Source: Candidatus Woesearchaeota archaeon (GTDB lineage Archaea > Nanobdellota > Nanobdellia > Pacearchaeales > GW2011-AR1). Taken from it: a stretch of 52,730 bases of DNA. Both the position numbers and the translations under genes were made by a program. The notes beneath the pieces were generated by a model, which was not told the origin of the DNA, did no database searches, and worked only from the letters and a program-made list of their open reading frames with translations. Where the stretch lies: NCBI GenBank assembly GCA_964498295.1, contig CAZCGJ010000002.1:1-52730 (forward strand), given 5' to 3'. This document shows, piece after piece, positions 52,547-52,730 of this stretch (the stretch's first letter is position 1; every line of letters starts with the position of its first letter).

Positions 52547-52730
52547 ATGGCTTGTGATAAGTGTAGTTATCAAGATAAAAAAGAGGGTGAAAAATTAAAT
52601 TCTAAACTTTGTAGGATTTGTTTAATGTTTGCTCCAGAAACTGAATCTGATTTTCAAAATTACATTTCTGAAAAAATAGACTGGAAACTTTTAGAAACTT
52701 TTAGAAAATATGGTCAATCAACAGGTTCTC
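52547..52730 (+). CDS. partial ORF, N-terminal zinc-ribbon protein (runs off the window)
   Basis: From the ATG at 52547: MACDKCSYQDKKEGEKLNSKLCRICLMFAPETESDF... CxxC...CxxC. Open to the end of the window. Confidence 0.4.
   Translation, partial: MACDKCSYQDKKEGEKLNSKLCRICLMFAPETESDFQNYISEKIDWKLLETFRKYGQSTGS

Overview
AT-rich archaeal chromosome fragment. All family calls come from reading motifs in the supplied translations; no searches were run. Archaeal identity is supported by the S27e-aIF2alpha-Nop10 operon, RadA, Orc1/Cdc6 and the two-subunit D-family DNA polymerase. The many small membrane proteins, a type IV pilus-like cluster and the lack of biosynthetic operons suggest a small-genome, DPANN-like lineage, but that is inference only.

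Core content:
- Translation genes: uS15, eS27, aIF2alpha, Nop10, and three tRNAs (Thr-CGU, Arg-GCG, Ser-CGA).
- Replication and repair genes: RecJ/GAN-like DHH nuclease, family-4 UDG, RadA, a Hef helicase and XPF nuclease encoded as separate genes, an Lhr helicase with a metallophosphoesterase, PolD DP1/DP2 and Orc1/Cdc6.
- A probable oriC at 37981-38414 next to Orc1/Cdc6, with inverted ORB-like boxes flanking a roughly 90-nt almost pure A+T segment.
- A co-directional secretion/pilus-type cluster at 7.9-14.3 kb (ATPase, platform protein, prepilin peptidase, KaiC-like ATPase), followed by surface and membrane proteins.

Most unusual region: the 42.6-49.7 kb accessory block.
- It encodes four small DNA-binding proteins, including an untracked 53-aa RHH ORF.
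- GTTTAAAC palindromes cluster around 44.6-45.7 kb.
- A 55-nt direct repeat brackets a two-gene cassette.
- An 11-nt motif, TTCGCACAATC, recurs four times in the same codon phase. Two of those copies sit in a duplicated 34-nt leader exactly 15 nt upstream of consecutive start codons.
- A tyrosine recombinase gene lies just downstream.

Other points of interest:
- A surface protein with two thioredoxin-like CxxC modules.
- A Dph6-like PP-loop gene translationally coupled to a glutamine amidotransferase.
- An ArmA/FmrO-like 16S rRNA methyltransferase homologue.
- A membrane-anchored AlbA_2/Schlafen-like protein.
- An S2P-like protein lacking HExxH.

No CRISPR array, rRNA gene or clear transposase was seen.
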